Shown: piece by piece, positions 13,230-25,937 of the stretch
How positions within the stretch are numbered: the stretch's first letter is position 1
Layout: the number at the start of each line of letters is the position of its first letter
Source: Macrostomum lignano
Taxonomy: Eukaryota
DNA length: 64,000 nt
Direction of reading: 5' to 3'
NCBI GenBank assembly: GCA_002269645.1
Contig: NIVC01001741.1
Coordinates: 53,317 to 117,316 of the forward strand
Notes under the pieces: model-generated
The model's input: the letters and a program-made list of their open reading frames with translations, nothing else
What the model was told of the DNA's origin: nothing
Database searches by the model: none
Translations under genes and position numbers: made by a program

Positions 13230-15240
13230 CTGGATTCTTGGGGCTGCATGGGATGATTCTTCGGGCTGTAAGGGGATGATTCTTCGGGTTGTAAGGGGAT
13301 GATTCTTGGGGCTGTAAGGGGATGATTCTTGGGACTGCATGGGGATGATTCTTGGGACTGCATGGGGATGATTCTTGGGGCTGCATGTTGATGATTCTTG
13401 GGGCTGCATGTTGATGATTCTTGGGGCTGCATGGGGATGATTCTTGGGGCTGCATGGGGATGATTCTTGGGGCTGCATGTTGATGATTCTTGGGACTGCA
13501 TGGGAATGATTCTTGGGGCTGCATGGGGATGATTCTTGGGGCTGCATGGGGATGATTCTTGGGGCTACATGGTAATGATTCTTGGGACTGCATGGGGATG
13601 ATTCTTGGGACTGCATGGGGATGATTCTTGGGACTGCATGAGGATGATTCTTGGGGCTGTATGGGGATGATTCTTGGGACTGCATGGGGATGATTCTTGG
13701 GACTGCTTGGGGATGATTCTTGGGGCTGCATGGGGATGATTCTTGGGACTGCATAGGGATGATTCTTGGGGCTGCATAGGGATGATTCTTGGGGCTGCAT
13801 GTTGATGATTCTTGGGGCTGCATGTTGATGATTCTTGGGACTGCATAGGGATGATTCTTGGGACTGCATGTTGATGATTCTTGGGGCTGCATGTTGATGA
13901 TTCTTGGGGCTGCATGTTGATGATTCTTGGGACTGCATGGGGATGATTCTTGGGGCTGCATGTTGATGATTCTTGGGGCTGCATGTTGATGATTCTTGGG
14001 GCTGCATGGGGATGATTCTTGGGACTGCATGGGGATGATTCTTGGGGCTGCATGTTGATGATTCTTGGGCTGCATGGGGATGATTCTTGGGGCTACATGG
14101 TAATGATTCTTGGGATTGCATAGGGATGATTCTTGGGACTGCATGGGGATGATTCTTGGGACTGCATGAGGATGATTCTTGGGGCTGTATGGGGATGATT
14201 CTTGGGACTGCATGGGGATGATTCTTGGGACTGCATGGGGATGATTCTTGGGACTGCATGGGGATGATTCTTGGGACTGCATGGGGATGATTCTTGGGAC
14301 TGCATGGGGATGATTCTTGGGACTGCATGGGGATGATTCTTGGGACTGCATGGGGATGATTCTTGGGGCTGCATGGGGATGATTCTTGGGGCTGCATGGG
14401 GATGATTCTTGGGACTGCATGGGAATGATTCTTGGGGCTGCATGGGGATGATTCTTGGGGCTGCATGGGGATGATTCTTGGGGCTGCATGTTGATGATTC
14501 TTGGGGCTGCATGTTGATGATTCTTGGGGCTGCATGTTGATGATTCTTGGGACTGCATAGGGATGATTCTTGGGGCTGCATGTTGATGATTCTTGGGGCT
14601 GCATGTTGATGATTCTTGGGGCTGCATGTTGATGATTCTTGGGACTGCATAGGGATGATTCTTGGGACTGCATGTTGATGATTCTTGGGGCTGCATGTTG
14701 ATGATTCTTGGGGCTGCATGTTGATGATTCTTGGGACTGCATGTTGATGATTCTTGGGGCTGCATGTTGATGATTCTTGGGACTGCATAGGGATGATTCT
14801 TGGGGCTGCATGTTGATGATTCTTGGGGCTGCATGTTGATGATTCTTGGGGCTGCATGTTGATGATTCTTGGGACTGCATAGGGATGATTCTTGGGACTG
14901 CATGTTGATGATTCTTGGGGCTGCATGTTGATGATTCTTGGGGCTGCATGTTGATGATTCTTGGGACTGCATAGGGATGATTCTTGGGGCTGCATGTTGA
15001 TGATTCTTGGGACTGCATAGGGATGATTCTTGGGGCTGCATGTTGATGATTCTTGGGGCTGCATGGGGATGATTCTTGGGACTGCATGGGGATGATTCTT
15101 GGGACTGCATGGGGATGATTCTTGGGACTGCATGGGGATGATTCTTCGGGCTGTAAGGGGATGATTCTTCGGGCTGTAAGGGGATGATTCTTGGGACTGC
15201 ATGGGGATGATTCTTCGGGCTGTAAGGTGATGATTCTTTT
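13230..15240 (+). repeat. 23-bp minisatellite (TCTTGGG(G/A)CTGCATGGGGATGAT)n between RRP8 and VAMP7
   Basis: Direct periodicity; source of the 739 and 743 aa artefact ORFs. Confidence 0.96.
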
Positions 15241-15411
15241 GGCTGTTTGAGATGATTCTACGGATAATTTAGGAATCCACCTACGCCAGAAATAAAAACT
15301 GTTTGCAACAAGGCTAGACAAATAATTTGCATTTATTGAAAATGGTTTCGCAAGTGTGAAAAGCTGTTGCCAGAAGGGAAACAACACAAGCTAGCATGCA
15401 GTGGCACTGAC

Positions 15412-16773
15412 TCAGCGCTTCTTATACAGGCAGGGCTTCAGTCTGAGCTCGGGTAGCGGCTCCCCAGCTTTTCTATTGCGACTTTTATTAAACAACAAGT
15501 ACACCAAGTACTTGTCCTCGCGCCGGCGTTGGCATTGAAATCCGAACCGTTCGATTAGATTAACAAATCGTTGGGTTCGTTCGATTCGACTGCGAGCTTC
15601 AACAATGCACAACAGGCCGTTCAGCCGGAGCACCCGGCTGGCTTCGGCCAGGAAGTCGGACAGGTTGGCGTTCATTAGCGACAGGCAGAACACTGCGCCG
15701 TGGGCAATGCCGTTGCCAAGGGGACAGCGGGCCATGTCGCAAGCAGTGACGCGGTTGTTCAGGGCAACCAAGTCAAGGCTGTGCACCTTGGCGCAGTGGC
15801 CTTCTAGGCGGCTGGCTAGCCTTGCGTCGCCGCAGCCGAAGTCCACCAGCACGGAGCTGCCGGCTGGCAGGCCGAGGCGGCACTGCTTAGCCACCCAGTC
15901 GATTGGGTCCTCCGTCCAGCGCTGCCGTTGCGCCGAGTAGCCGGCGTGGTACACCTGGTGAGAGCGAGATGGGGAGTGGGGGTGTGGGCAACTGATGTGG
16001 AATGGTAGGGAATGGGGATGTGGGGAACTGGGAGATGGGAAATGGAAAATGGGCAACTGGGAGATGAGGAATGGGGAATGGGGATGTGGGGAGCTGGGAG
16101 ATGGAGAATGGGAAATGGGGAACTGGGAGACGGGGAAAGGTATTTGGGGAGCTGGGACATGGAAAATGGGGATGTGGGGAGCTTGGAGATAGGGAATGGG
16201 AAACTGGGAGACGGGGAATGGGAAACTGGGAGATGGGGGTGTTTGGAGCTGGGAGATGGGGAATGGGGTTGGGGGAACTGGGATAGTCAGCGATGTAGCA
16301 GGCTAGACTAAATAACTGAACACTTGGATACGCACTTTAAAAGCCTCAGGATCAGCCTTGAACATTTCGAACGCATCCGCACTACTCAGCGTGTACAACT
16401 GCTCGTTTAGATAGCGAAATTTGGAAGCCAGCAAGCCCTGCTCGCCTCCGCCAATCAGGGCACCCGCGGCCGCGCCTTTTTTTCGTCTGTTCTTGTCCGA
16501 CTTCTCCGAGCCAAGTTTTCTGGCCTCCTCAGCGGCGGCGGCAGCTTCCAGTCGCTTCTTTGACAGCTTCCGCCTGTGCCGTTTCTGCCGCTTAACTGGC
16601 GTTTCCACGCCGACGCTGGCTTCGGATTCAACTGGCTTCGCTGGTGTCTCGTTGGCCGCTTTGCGCTTCTTTGCGAACCTTGACGACGGACCGGCGTCTG
16701 TCGCTGCTGCCGCCGGCGCCGGCTGAAGCAACCGACGTAGCCGGTTGACGCTGAGCTCTGGTCGAACTGGCAT
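15412..16773 (-). CDS. RRP8: rRNA-processing protein 8 / nucleomethylin (rRNA m1A methyltransferase); exons 16773-16336 and 15954-15412; start codon uncertain
   Basis: SKFRYLNEQLYT, YHAGYSAQ...W...P, SAM motif VDFGCGDA, DLVALN, VFCLSLM, C-terminal LKPCLYKKR; phase-0 intron AAA|GTGCGT...CACCAG|GTG. Confidence 0.93.
15985..16285 (+). repeat. G-rich degenerate repeat filling the RRP8 intron
   Basis: GGGAATGGGGATGTGGGGAGCTGGGAGAT-like units. Confidence 0.85.
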
Positions 16774-18110
16774 GCAAAACAATTGATGGCATGAGGATAT
16801 GATTAATTCTAGTACCAAGTTTTGTATGATCTCCATCTTATCGATCCAAATGGCAGGTGTACTGAAACCTATACTATACTACACTTAGCCCAATGAAACT
16901 GACCAGCTGATATTATTGTATCATAATAGTTAACCACTTTTTAGCACAATATTAGTTTACCATAATAGTTTATAAATAGTTCTTATGAAAGAGCTGTGCC
17001 TCAAAAGTTTACACTCAGCCTTTGGAGACCATTTATTATGAGCTTAATCAAATTTTCAACTATGAAAAAACTATAAAAAGCAATTTAGCTCTGCTTTTAT
17101 TACCAATTCACTAATGATACAACTGAAAATTACTACTAAAGTAGCAGTGCTATACCCTTTACATATTTATCTACATAGGTTAAAGAAGTAAAATTTAACT
17201 TTTGATTTTGATTTTGTATTTTTTGCTTTGCTTTTTTAATTCATAAATTATTATTTCTTTGATATACCATAGACCCAAACTAAACAATTTTCCTTTGCTA
17301 AAATAGTCATATGCAATATTTTAGACAAAAATTGGTTATGTCATTAACACTGAATAAAAAAATCATACAATAAAAATTCTTTTTAGATATGGCTAATAAA
17401 TTTAGTAAAAATATAATTTAATTTTACAGGAGCTTGCCATAAAACTAGATAACACATAAAATTAATAATAAAAATTCTTGCAAATGGCAACTGACTAATC
17501 TTTTTTATGCTTTTGTACTTTTTGTTTAACCTCAGCCAACAATAGATTTGGAGCTTTAAATTTAAGAATTTTTATTTATTCTGGGCCTATCCTTAAAATT
17601 TTTGGATCTTAGATTTTTTTACTGATAAAATTGGGCCACAGATTTTAAAGCATTGAGATTTTAGGATTTTTTTAATCCTAGGATTGTTATTAAGCATCAA
17701 GATTTTAGATTTTTCTATCCTGGAATTTAATGCATTGAAATTGATTTAGTCAAGTTCTTCTAAATCCATCTTTTATAACTTTTTTTAAGTCAAAATGAAT
17801 TTTATTTAGTCATTATAGCTTTGAGAAGATACAAGTAATTAAACAACAATAACACAAATGAACAACATAGGCATAACAAATTATTGTTACAATGCTTCAC
17901 TTTTCAATTTAATCAACAATGTCTTCCATGGCAATGAAATGGGATATATACCAAAGGCTTGTACAATGCTAGCTTCACCAACAAATTCAACAAGCCTATT
18001 GAGCATAGCTTCAATTCAAGTTTTTGGCTTATTTCTTCTTCATCTTAAGGCCTGAATATGTCCACTTTGCTCGTATTTAATAATTTCTAGCAAACTAATG
18101 TGGGATATTT

Positions 18111-19717
18111 GGTTCCTGGACACTTTGTCATCTTACCACTTCGCCATCCACTCTTATTGTTGGACACTTCATCATCTTACCACTTTGTTATCCACATTAC
18201 TAATGTGGACACTTCGTCATCTACTCCCTGGACATTTCGTCATCCACTTTTTGTATGAAAAACTTTGCTATATGTAACATGTATACTTGTATATGCAACT
18301 ACATAACTATATAAAGATAAAGATTAAACATTATACATGTATATGTATCTACATGTAGCCCTCCTCCTTTCACATTCTGGGCTTGGGACCAGACAATGGC
18401 AGAGTCACGACCCACAAAGATAGTCATTAAATACCATAATTTGTAGCTACATGTAGGTACAAAGATCAAAAAGTTCACAAAGCACAAAGAGAATAGCATT
18501 ATGAGCTATACATTTAAATTACTGCAGAATTAATTCAATCCTTTCCTTCTAAATCTATCTAAATCTCTAATATTTGTTTGTTTGTTTGTTTGTATGTCTA
18601 TAACGCTTTAGAGCTTGCAATTCTTCACTGATTTTGATCGCATTTTTGCCAAAAGATTCAAAATTGTCTGGAAAGAAGACAGTTAAAATCTCTTTTATCT
18701 GCTTCTAGTGTTGGGCACCATTAATGAAAATCTTAACTTCTATTAATGGCAAAATCATTAGTGTTAAAACAAAAAATCCTAACTTTGAAGCGCTTGCTGT
18801 TTTTTGCTAACTGGCTCTTGGCAAAAATGCAGATGTCTGCCATTTTCACTTATAAACTAGCTGTTTCTTACATGTATTTGCTTCTCATATATGATTTCAT
18901 GCGCCATATTTATAATAAAATTCTGGGTGGGAGTAGGCTGGCCACTTCAGTCTTGAGGGGTAAAGTGACCATCTCTGCACCTGCACCTTTCTTGGATCTG
19001 CCACTATGGTTAGTTGCTTGGAGAGTTGGCACGTTACACTCATAGACACAAATGCATATACAGCTTAGCACATTTAGGGGGTGAAAATGCTCTGAGCTCA
19101 GACTGTATGTGTGTGAAGGGTTGGTTAAGTCCCTGCAGGTGGAGCAAAAAGAGAAATCCATTATGTAACATCATTCTAGCTCAAATTGTATGGGGTTGTG
19201 ATTCAAGGGTTGGTTAAGTCCTTGCAGGTGGAGCAAGGAGAAATCCATGGCCATATACTTTGTTGCCTCTCCTGGGTTGTAAAAAGGATAATGCCATTTT
19301 AGGCTTTAGCAAGGAAGCAAAAATAATTATTAGAGCTTGGCGAGTTTGAATGTAGAATAAAATTACAATGAGCACTAGTATCTACATGTACGTATTTGTA
19401 CATTAAAGTGTGCATATGCAAACTGCTTATACATTGTGTACATTGGATGCCAATTATAGCAACAAGTTGAATCTCTAAGTGTGTATTTAATCCTATATTT
19501 TACAGACTAAATTAATTGAGTAACAATTTATAACAATAACAATTGAATAACAATTTATAGCCTTGCTAAATCTTGGCATGACAAAGTGTCCTCAAAATTT
19601 GGTCACTTTGTCATCTAGATTTACTAATAATTTTTTGATATAAGGAAGCGTCCAAAAACCATGGTCATTTTGTCATCAAGATAACAAAGTGGTTAGATGA
19701 CGAAGTGTTTAGGAGCT
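18111..19717. mobile_element. Non-autonomous DNA transposon with subterminal 12-bp motif arrays and 8-bp TSD (GGATATTT)
   Basis: Left end GGTTCCTGGACACTTTGTCATC, right end (reverse complement) AGCTCCTAAACACTTCGTCATC. CACTT(T/C)GTCATC motifs cluster at both ends. GGATATTT at 18103-18110 and 19718-19725. Confidence 0.65.
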
Positions 19718-20129
19718 GGATATTTAGCTGTCTTGCTATTTACTACCAATCAGCATTGCAAATAAAGACATCAATGAGTTTTTGCTAGTCCTGCTCAATG
19801 ATAATGAGTACAAATGCCTGCAGATACTGCCATAATGATTAAATAAATAAATTCAGTTTGACTAAAATCAAGTCATAGAAGGCTTTAAATATGTGGCACT
19901 TGGCTAAATTGATTTCATTTCTTTATTATTGGCCTAGGCCTAGTCTATGCCCTCTATGGTAAGCCCTAAGTGCTGACTATAAATCAAACTCACTTTTTTA
20001 GCCTTAGGACTAAGCTAGCGAAAGACTAAATAAACTAATTTATATCCAAAAAATGGTTCAAAGCTAGGTATACTTATTAGCAAAAAGATTAAGAATTTAG
20101 ATTTGATAGGCCTACAGATATATCTTTTA

Positions 20130-20395
20130 CATACATGCGCAACTGCTGGCCGACCTGGCCGATCTGGCCTCCATAAATTGTGGTGGACCAGGGGGTAAGT
20201 CGCAAAAATGCCCAGCCTAAAGAATACAGGCATAGTACTAATTAGATGACGAGGCATTTAGCCCTTATAAGACAGTCATAGTTACTCCTGCTGTTTACCC
20301 AAAATTGCGTTAGGTTTCTTTTACAGGTAAGTCGAATTTTTGGTCAAAAAGTAAGTCGCATGGCCAGTGTAAATCAGGGGGGTTGCGCATGTATG
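20130..20395. mobile_element. MITE with 14-bp TIR CATACATGCGCAAC and TA target duplication (Tc1/mariner-like)
   Basis: TA|CATACATGCGCAAC (20128-20143) and GTTGCGCATGTATG|TA (20382-20397). Confidence 0.75.
20237..20300 (-). pseudogene. 64-bp degenerate 28S rRNA fragment spanning the R2/I-PpoI target region
   Basis: Minus strand GGGTAAACAGCAGGAGTAACTATGACTGTCTTATAAGGGCTAAATGCCTCGTCATCTAATTAGT versus recalled eukaryotic LSU GGGTAAACGGCGGGAGTAACTATGACTCTCTTAAGGTAGCCAAATGCCTCGTCATCTAATTAGT. Confidence 0.9.
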
Positions 20396-23229
20396 TATCT
20401 TTTATCAAGAAAATTTAGTATCTTTCTTAGAAACTTCATAGCTTTAGTAAGCCTAAGCCAGAGCCCTAATAATTATATATATAGTGTTATATTTACAATA
20501 GCTATTTTATTTAGAACAATACTAGGCCTAGGGAAAGAAATTGCAAGCAGAGACAATGGCTATGTAATTTCTGCATGTTATTAACCCATGGGCCATCATT
20601 AACTCCTTTGTCCTTTGTGCTTTACTGTACAATATTTAAAGTAAAGATGTAAGTTATTCTATATCATATATAGCTTTGTATCTTATATACAGTAAGACTG
20701 CGACATATATTCTCAATCCATAGCAATCCATCCATCAATATCAATACAATACCTAATTCATATTTATATTAAACAATCCACTCCCATTTGTTATTAGTCT
20801 TAAATATATGACATTAATAGTAATACTACCCTGGTAACCAACATTGTTAAAACCAAATCACGATATTCTTTCAATCACAGTTAAAATATTTGACCTCAAA
20901 ATAAAACTCTGAAAAATAACGAACAGCACCAGCATTTTGCTAAGCATGCTAAGGCTATTTCGTATTTGTGCAGCCTTCGCGCCGGCGCCGCCAGCGATAT
21001 TGGCAACTTATGACCATTTCGAGGAAAGAAAATTTGAAATTTACTTCGATAGTCAGTTTCTAATTTTCATTTATTTAAACTATTTATTAAAGAAGTAAAA
21101 TATTCTTTTTTATTATTGGTAACAAAACAATTTGTCTACGCATAAATATTAGCAACAAAACTAGTTAAAACGGATTGTAGAAATTCGGATATTTTACACT
21201 GATTTTGCATATCTACAATTTGTACAACTTCCTTTGTCAACAATGTCAGCATTCTGAATAAAAAATTATTTTAGAACGTAAAGGATAATAGTTTAAAGCC
21301 GCGAATTTCTGAGAACGTTCTTGCAGCTTGTTTGTGGTGAAGGATTTTCTGTTTTGATGCAGGGACTACTTAAAACTGTAGTGATTTGATGTGATGTGAT
21401 TTGACGGCACATTCAGATCCTTCCCCAGCTGTACGGCTCTTACAGCTACTACCAGTAGAAAAGGAATTTCCTTTCCACATAGTTGTACATGTACATGCAT
21501 CTGCCCCGTTTGTTTTCTTCTTTCTCAGCTCCTACAGGTTACAGTATCTATCCTTTGTCTCCCCAATAGAAAATTTTCCCTCTCTGAGAGTCTGATTGTA
21601 GTACATTTATAGATAGAATCCTGCATCTAGGAATTTGATAATGTCGATCCCTGCCGTCCCGATCTAGAGAACGTCCCCCTGGCGAGCAGACTGCAGTGAC
21701 GGATCAGTCGATCGAGGGCTGAGCTGAGCCGGATTGGAAGACCGGAGCTCGGTACAATCTGGATCTTGTTCAAGGTGTGAAGTCAACAAAACAAGCCGCA
21801 CATCACTTTGTCTCGACAAAAGGTCAAAGAGCTCCTAAAAGATTTCCTGGAAATACAGTGAATAATTTAATTGATTCATTGAAAATCAAATGCTAAACAG
21901 GTCCCAAAGTGGCTATTGCAACTGCTTCATTACGGTGTGTTGCAAGTGATGCCTGCCGCATATTTGAACAAAAATATTTATTTATAATCATAACCATCTT
22001 ACGCAAGGTTAGAAGAAAATCTTGGCAGTTGCTCTTTTTACCGACTTGAATATTCTTTTTCTAGCTACTTTATCAAAGAATTCAATCACGATTATGAGTC
22101 TCGGTTTGTTTGATTTTATCGTCCGAAAAGCTTTAACAAAAGAAAAAATTAGTTTATCTGATGCCTAAATCATTACATGCTACAGGTATTGGTAAGGCAT
22201 GGAAAAGCTACGAGCTATGATGTACCAGCATATTTAATTCAAATTTGCACAAACTGAAATTGAATTTCCATCGTCTTTGCATACTTCAGGAACGATTGAT
22301 TAATAATTATAATCGAAGACTAGCACATCCTCATCTAAATACAAGTACAAAAAAGTACACTCGCTCACTCCAGCTAACATGAATTTTCAACTACAAAAGC
22401 TGCACGAATAGGAATTCATCGGATTGCTGAGATATCTTAAGCTAGATAGGCTGGCTTTCCGTGCAGATGCTATCTTTGTTTTAAACATCATTTTCCTTAA
22501 GAAACAAACAGCAGTGATTGTAAAATTGTCCAAAGCAACATGTAGTTTATTTAAAAAACTTATTCTTTTCTTTTGGTGTCTCCCGAAAGTTACCTCAGCT
22601 TTAAAAAAATGGAATTCATGCATCGACAATTAATTCCAGCAATAAAAACAGGCCGACAAGTTCACTAGCTAAGAAAGCTGGAGAGAATTCCTCGAGACTC
22701 ATTGAAGACGCGAAGAAAATAAAAGTACAATTTGACAGTCCTGCGTGCAAGCAATTCTTATTTCGCGTACAATAGTGACACGAGACTAAGGCATGCATGA
22801 ACAGCCCAGCTGAATGTAGATACGGTATTTATATATATAATTTAGGTTTTTCGCTGAACTGTACTTTCCTGTCGTCCCCCGCTTCTCCAAACCTATCCCC
22901 AAACCCGCGTGACCCAGCCTGATTGTACAGTGTGCTATTTTACCAGGCAAAGAGAATGCATATAAATGCACACAGCTAGGAACTGGGCTCTCCTCTCTTC
23001 ATTTGCTTCTTCAACGGTTCTGTAATGTAGCCAGCAAAAATAAGGGCCGAAGCCCGCGAATTAAAAGCATATCTGGGTAATGACTGCGGAGTGTGTTGTG
23101 TGCTCAGCTCCCAGTTTGTATTTTTTTATTTGATTTTGAAACACACCGGACTGGGAGATTGGAGAAGCAGAATTTCTGACTGGTAAGTTTATTAGCTCGC
23201 GAGTGAGTTGCTAACACAATTGGTCTACT

Positions 23230-23600
23230 TGTCACTCCACTGACCAGTGTGCTTGTCACTCCACTTACCAGCTTGTCACTCCACTTACTAGCTTGTCACT
23301 CCACTGACCAGCTTGTCACTCCACTTACCAGCTTGTCACTCCACTGACCAGCTTGTCACTCCACTTACCAGCTTGTCACTCCACTGACCAGCTTGTCACT
23401 CCACTGACCAGCTTGTCACTCCACTTACCAGCTTGTCACTCCACTGACCAGCTTGTCACTCCACTGACCAGCTTGTCACTCCACTGACCAGCTTGTCACT
23501 CCACTTACCAGCTTGTCACTCCACTGACCAGCTTGTCACTTCACTGACCAGCTTGTCACTCCACTGACCAGCTTGTCACTCCACTGACCAGCTTGTCACT
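23230..23600 (+). repeat. 20-bp minisatellite (CCAGCTTGTCACTCCACT(G/T)A)n
   Basis: Direct. Confidence 0.95.
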
Positions 23601-25589
23601 TCCGAGTTAGCTACACTAGTATATGAAATCTACACTTATGCTTTCCCCTGTTCAGTAGCGCATGCAATTTGCACTTTTTCGCGAAATTTGATTTCCACGC
23701 AAATCCGAATTTGATTTCCTAGAAATTAAGCACGAAGTAAGCAAAACAAAAAGAAGCCTCCCTCTGAGACTTCTCTTCTTTAAGGCCTCTCGTCTTTTGG
23801 GAAAAGGCATAGTCTTGTGTTGAAACAGTTTCTTAATTAGAAACCTCTCTTAAGCCTTCTCTCTGCTTATAGAGAATGAGGCTGAACTGAGGCAGTTCGT
23901 GCATAACAGCTGCATCCAAATTCCAGTGCCTGTATAAGTATGGGTTCCAAATATTAAAGTCTTACTTGCCCACGCACAAGGCTGCCTCTTTCTTTGGATT
24001 ACGAGCTGATTGTCGCGACCTCAACGACTAAAAGAACTAATAGTTTAATAAACTAACTATTGGAATAGTTTGTTATTGTTATAATTTTCAAGCCTATCTA
24101 CAATTTTAATTGGTTACACCTGGCTGATGGCCAGATGTGCAACCGACAGCTCAGCCGCAGCTATTGCGCGGCGCATCTGAAGGCTGTGTACGGCTGTTCA
24201 GTCCAAGGACTGGGGGGTCGCCACACACAGCCTGCCTGCTGCCTGCGCTGCTAGATAGTTTTCAATCAGCTGACAATCACAGATTTTTGATTGGACGGAT
24301 GCGTTTGCGTTTCAAATCCAGATGTCTATGGAGGTCCTTGCTTCGGTCATCCCGGATCGCATCATGCGCCTGCAGGCAGACAGAGGGATTGTCCAAAAAT
24401 TGCCTCGCCCGCGAAAATATTTATGAATGCAACGCGGGCCCCTCATGGCCACCTGCTCAACTCTCTCCTCTCCTTCTCTCGCCTGTTCTCCTCTGAAGTT
24501 GCCTTTAATTATTTCATTCTGACGAGCTCGGCTGCCTCAGCTGATTGCAGGCGCAAGGAAACTCGCCTTTCCTTTGGCCAGTTCGTTTTTTCTAAGATTG
24601 AGAATCCAACAGACTGGACTGGTAAATTCTCGCCTTATACATTCTGCCTTCTTTGCATCCTCTGCATCTGATTCTCGCGCAGCAATTTCCTTTGATAATG
24701 GATTGCGAATCTAATCCTTTTTCTCACTTGGCTTCCCCAAGTATTGTACATGCCGCCGATGAAAGCCGGGCACGGAGGATTAGTATTTCCCGGATGAGCG
24801 AACCAGCCGTGGCTCAATGAATGGCTAGTAGAGGACCTGTCGCAGCCTATCAGGGTCAAGAGGAGCCTGGCTCAGCCCCGTCTATTCCCGAGGCGAGGGA
24901 CGGCTTTTTGTACGTTGGCCTGTCCGTCATTCGCAATGTAAATTAGAGATTAGCTCGGCAATTTTATTCAGTAAAGCTGCAGTCCCTCGGCTGATTTTTA
25001 GGCCTTAGCTTCGCTTTCGGTGAGTTTCGCGGGAGTCTGACCTGCTGTGTTTGAGCACAGTGGCGTTCTTTATTCGAATTTCGCAGCGTTGAGTTGACCT
25101 AGGATCGGTCGGCTCCAGGACTAAGCCACCTCCCAATTCCCAATGACATTGCCAATTGAAGAGGTCTTCGCGACTCACGCTAGCTAAAACCAAGGTACAG
25201 AGAATGTACATTTCTGATAATGAGAAAGTCAGGGCGGTTGTACACCCCGTGTGAGCGCGATCGTGTTCTCATGGGTCAGCGTAATGGGCATGACGGCACT
25301 TTCAAACTTTCATCGAGGTTAGTTGTGTCGGAAAGGAGCAATTCCCCACCCCTGCAACCTCAATAGACGCAAAACTTTCAAATTAAAGTAATTGCAATAC
25401 GTGACTGTGAATTATAAATAAGATAGGCGACTAGTTGGATCCAGTGAGCATCTTGGAGGATGTTGCCCTACCGATGCCCTTCTCATATCTCATGACAGGA
25501 CTTGCGTCCACCCACTGTCAGGCTGATGAAACAGATTTTGTAGAAAAGATGTACGAGTACTCTATCGTCTGTGTCAAAGTACACAAACA

Positions 25590-25770
25590 GTTGGTGTCTT
25601 CCCAAGAGGTTAGACTTTTAGGACACAAGCGGTCAGTGTCTTCCCAAGAGGTTAGACTTTTAGGACACAAGCGGTCAGTGTCTTCCCAAGGAAGGTATAT
25701 ATTCAAGATACAATGGGTCAGTGTCTTCCCAAGAGAGGTTATACATTTAGGACACAAATGGTTATAGTGT
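25590..25770 (+). repeat. ~42-bp degenerate tandem repeat (3-4 copies)
   Basis: TGTCTTCCCAAGAGGTTAGACTTTTAGGACACAAGCGGTCAG repeated. Confidence 0.8.
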
Positions 25771-25937
25771 TAGACTTTCGAGACGCTAGGGATTAAGACA
25801 TTTCAGACACAATGGAGCAGGCTAGACACTCAGTACGTATCGCTGTTTAAAGCATACCGGCACACCTGCCACGTGCACCCCCCATCATTGCCCCAACAGT
25901 TAAACCAAACTGGCCGAAATCTCAATCATCCATAGTC

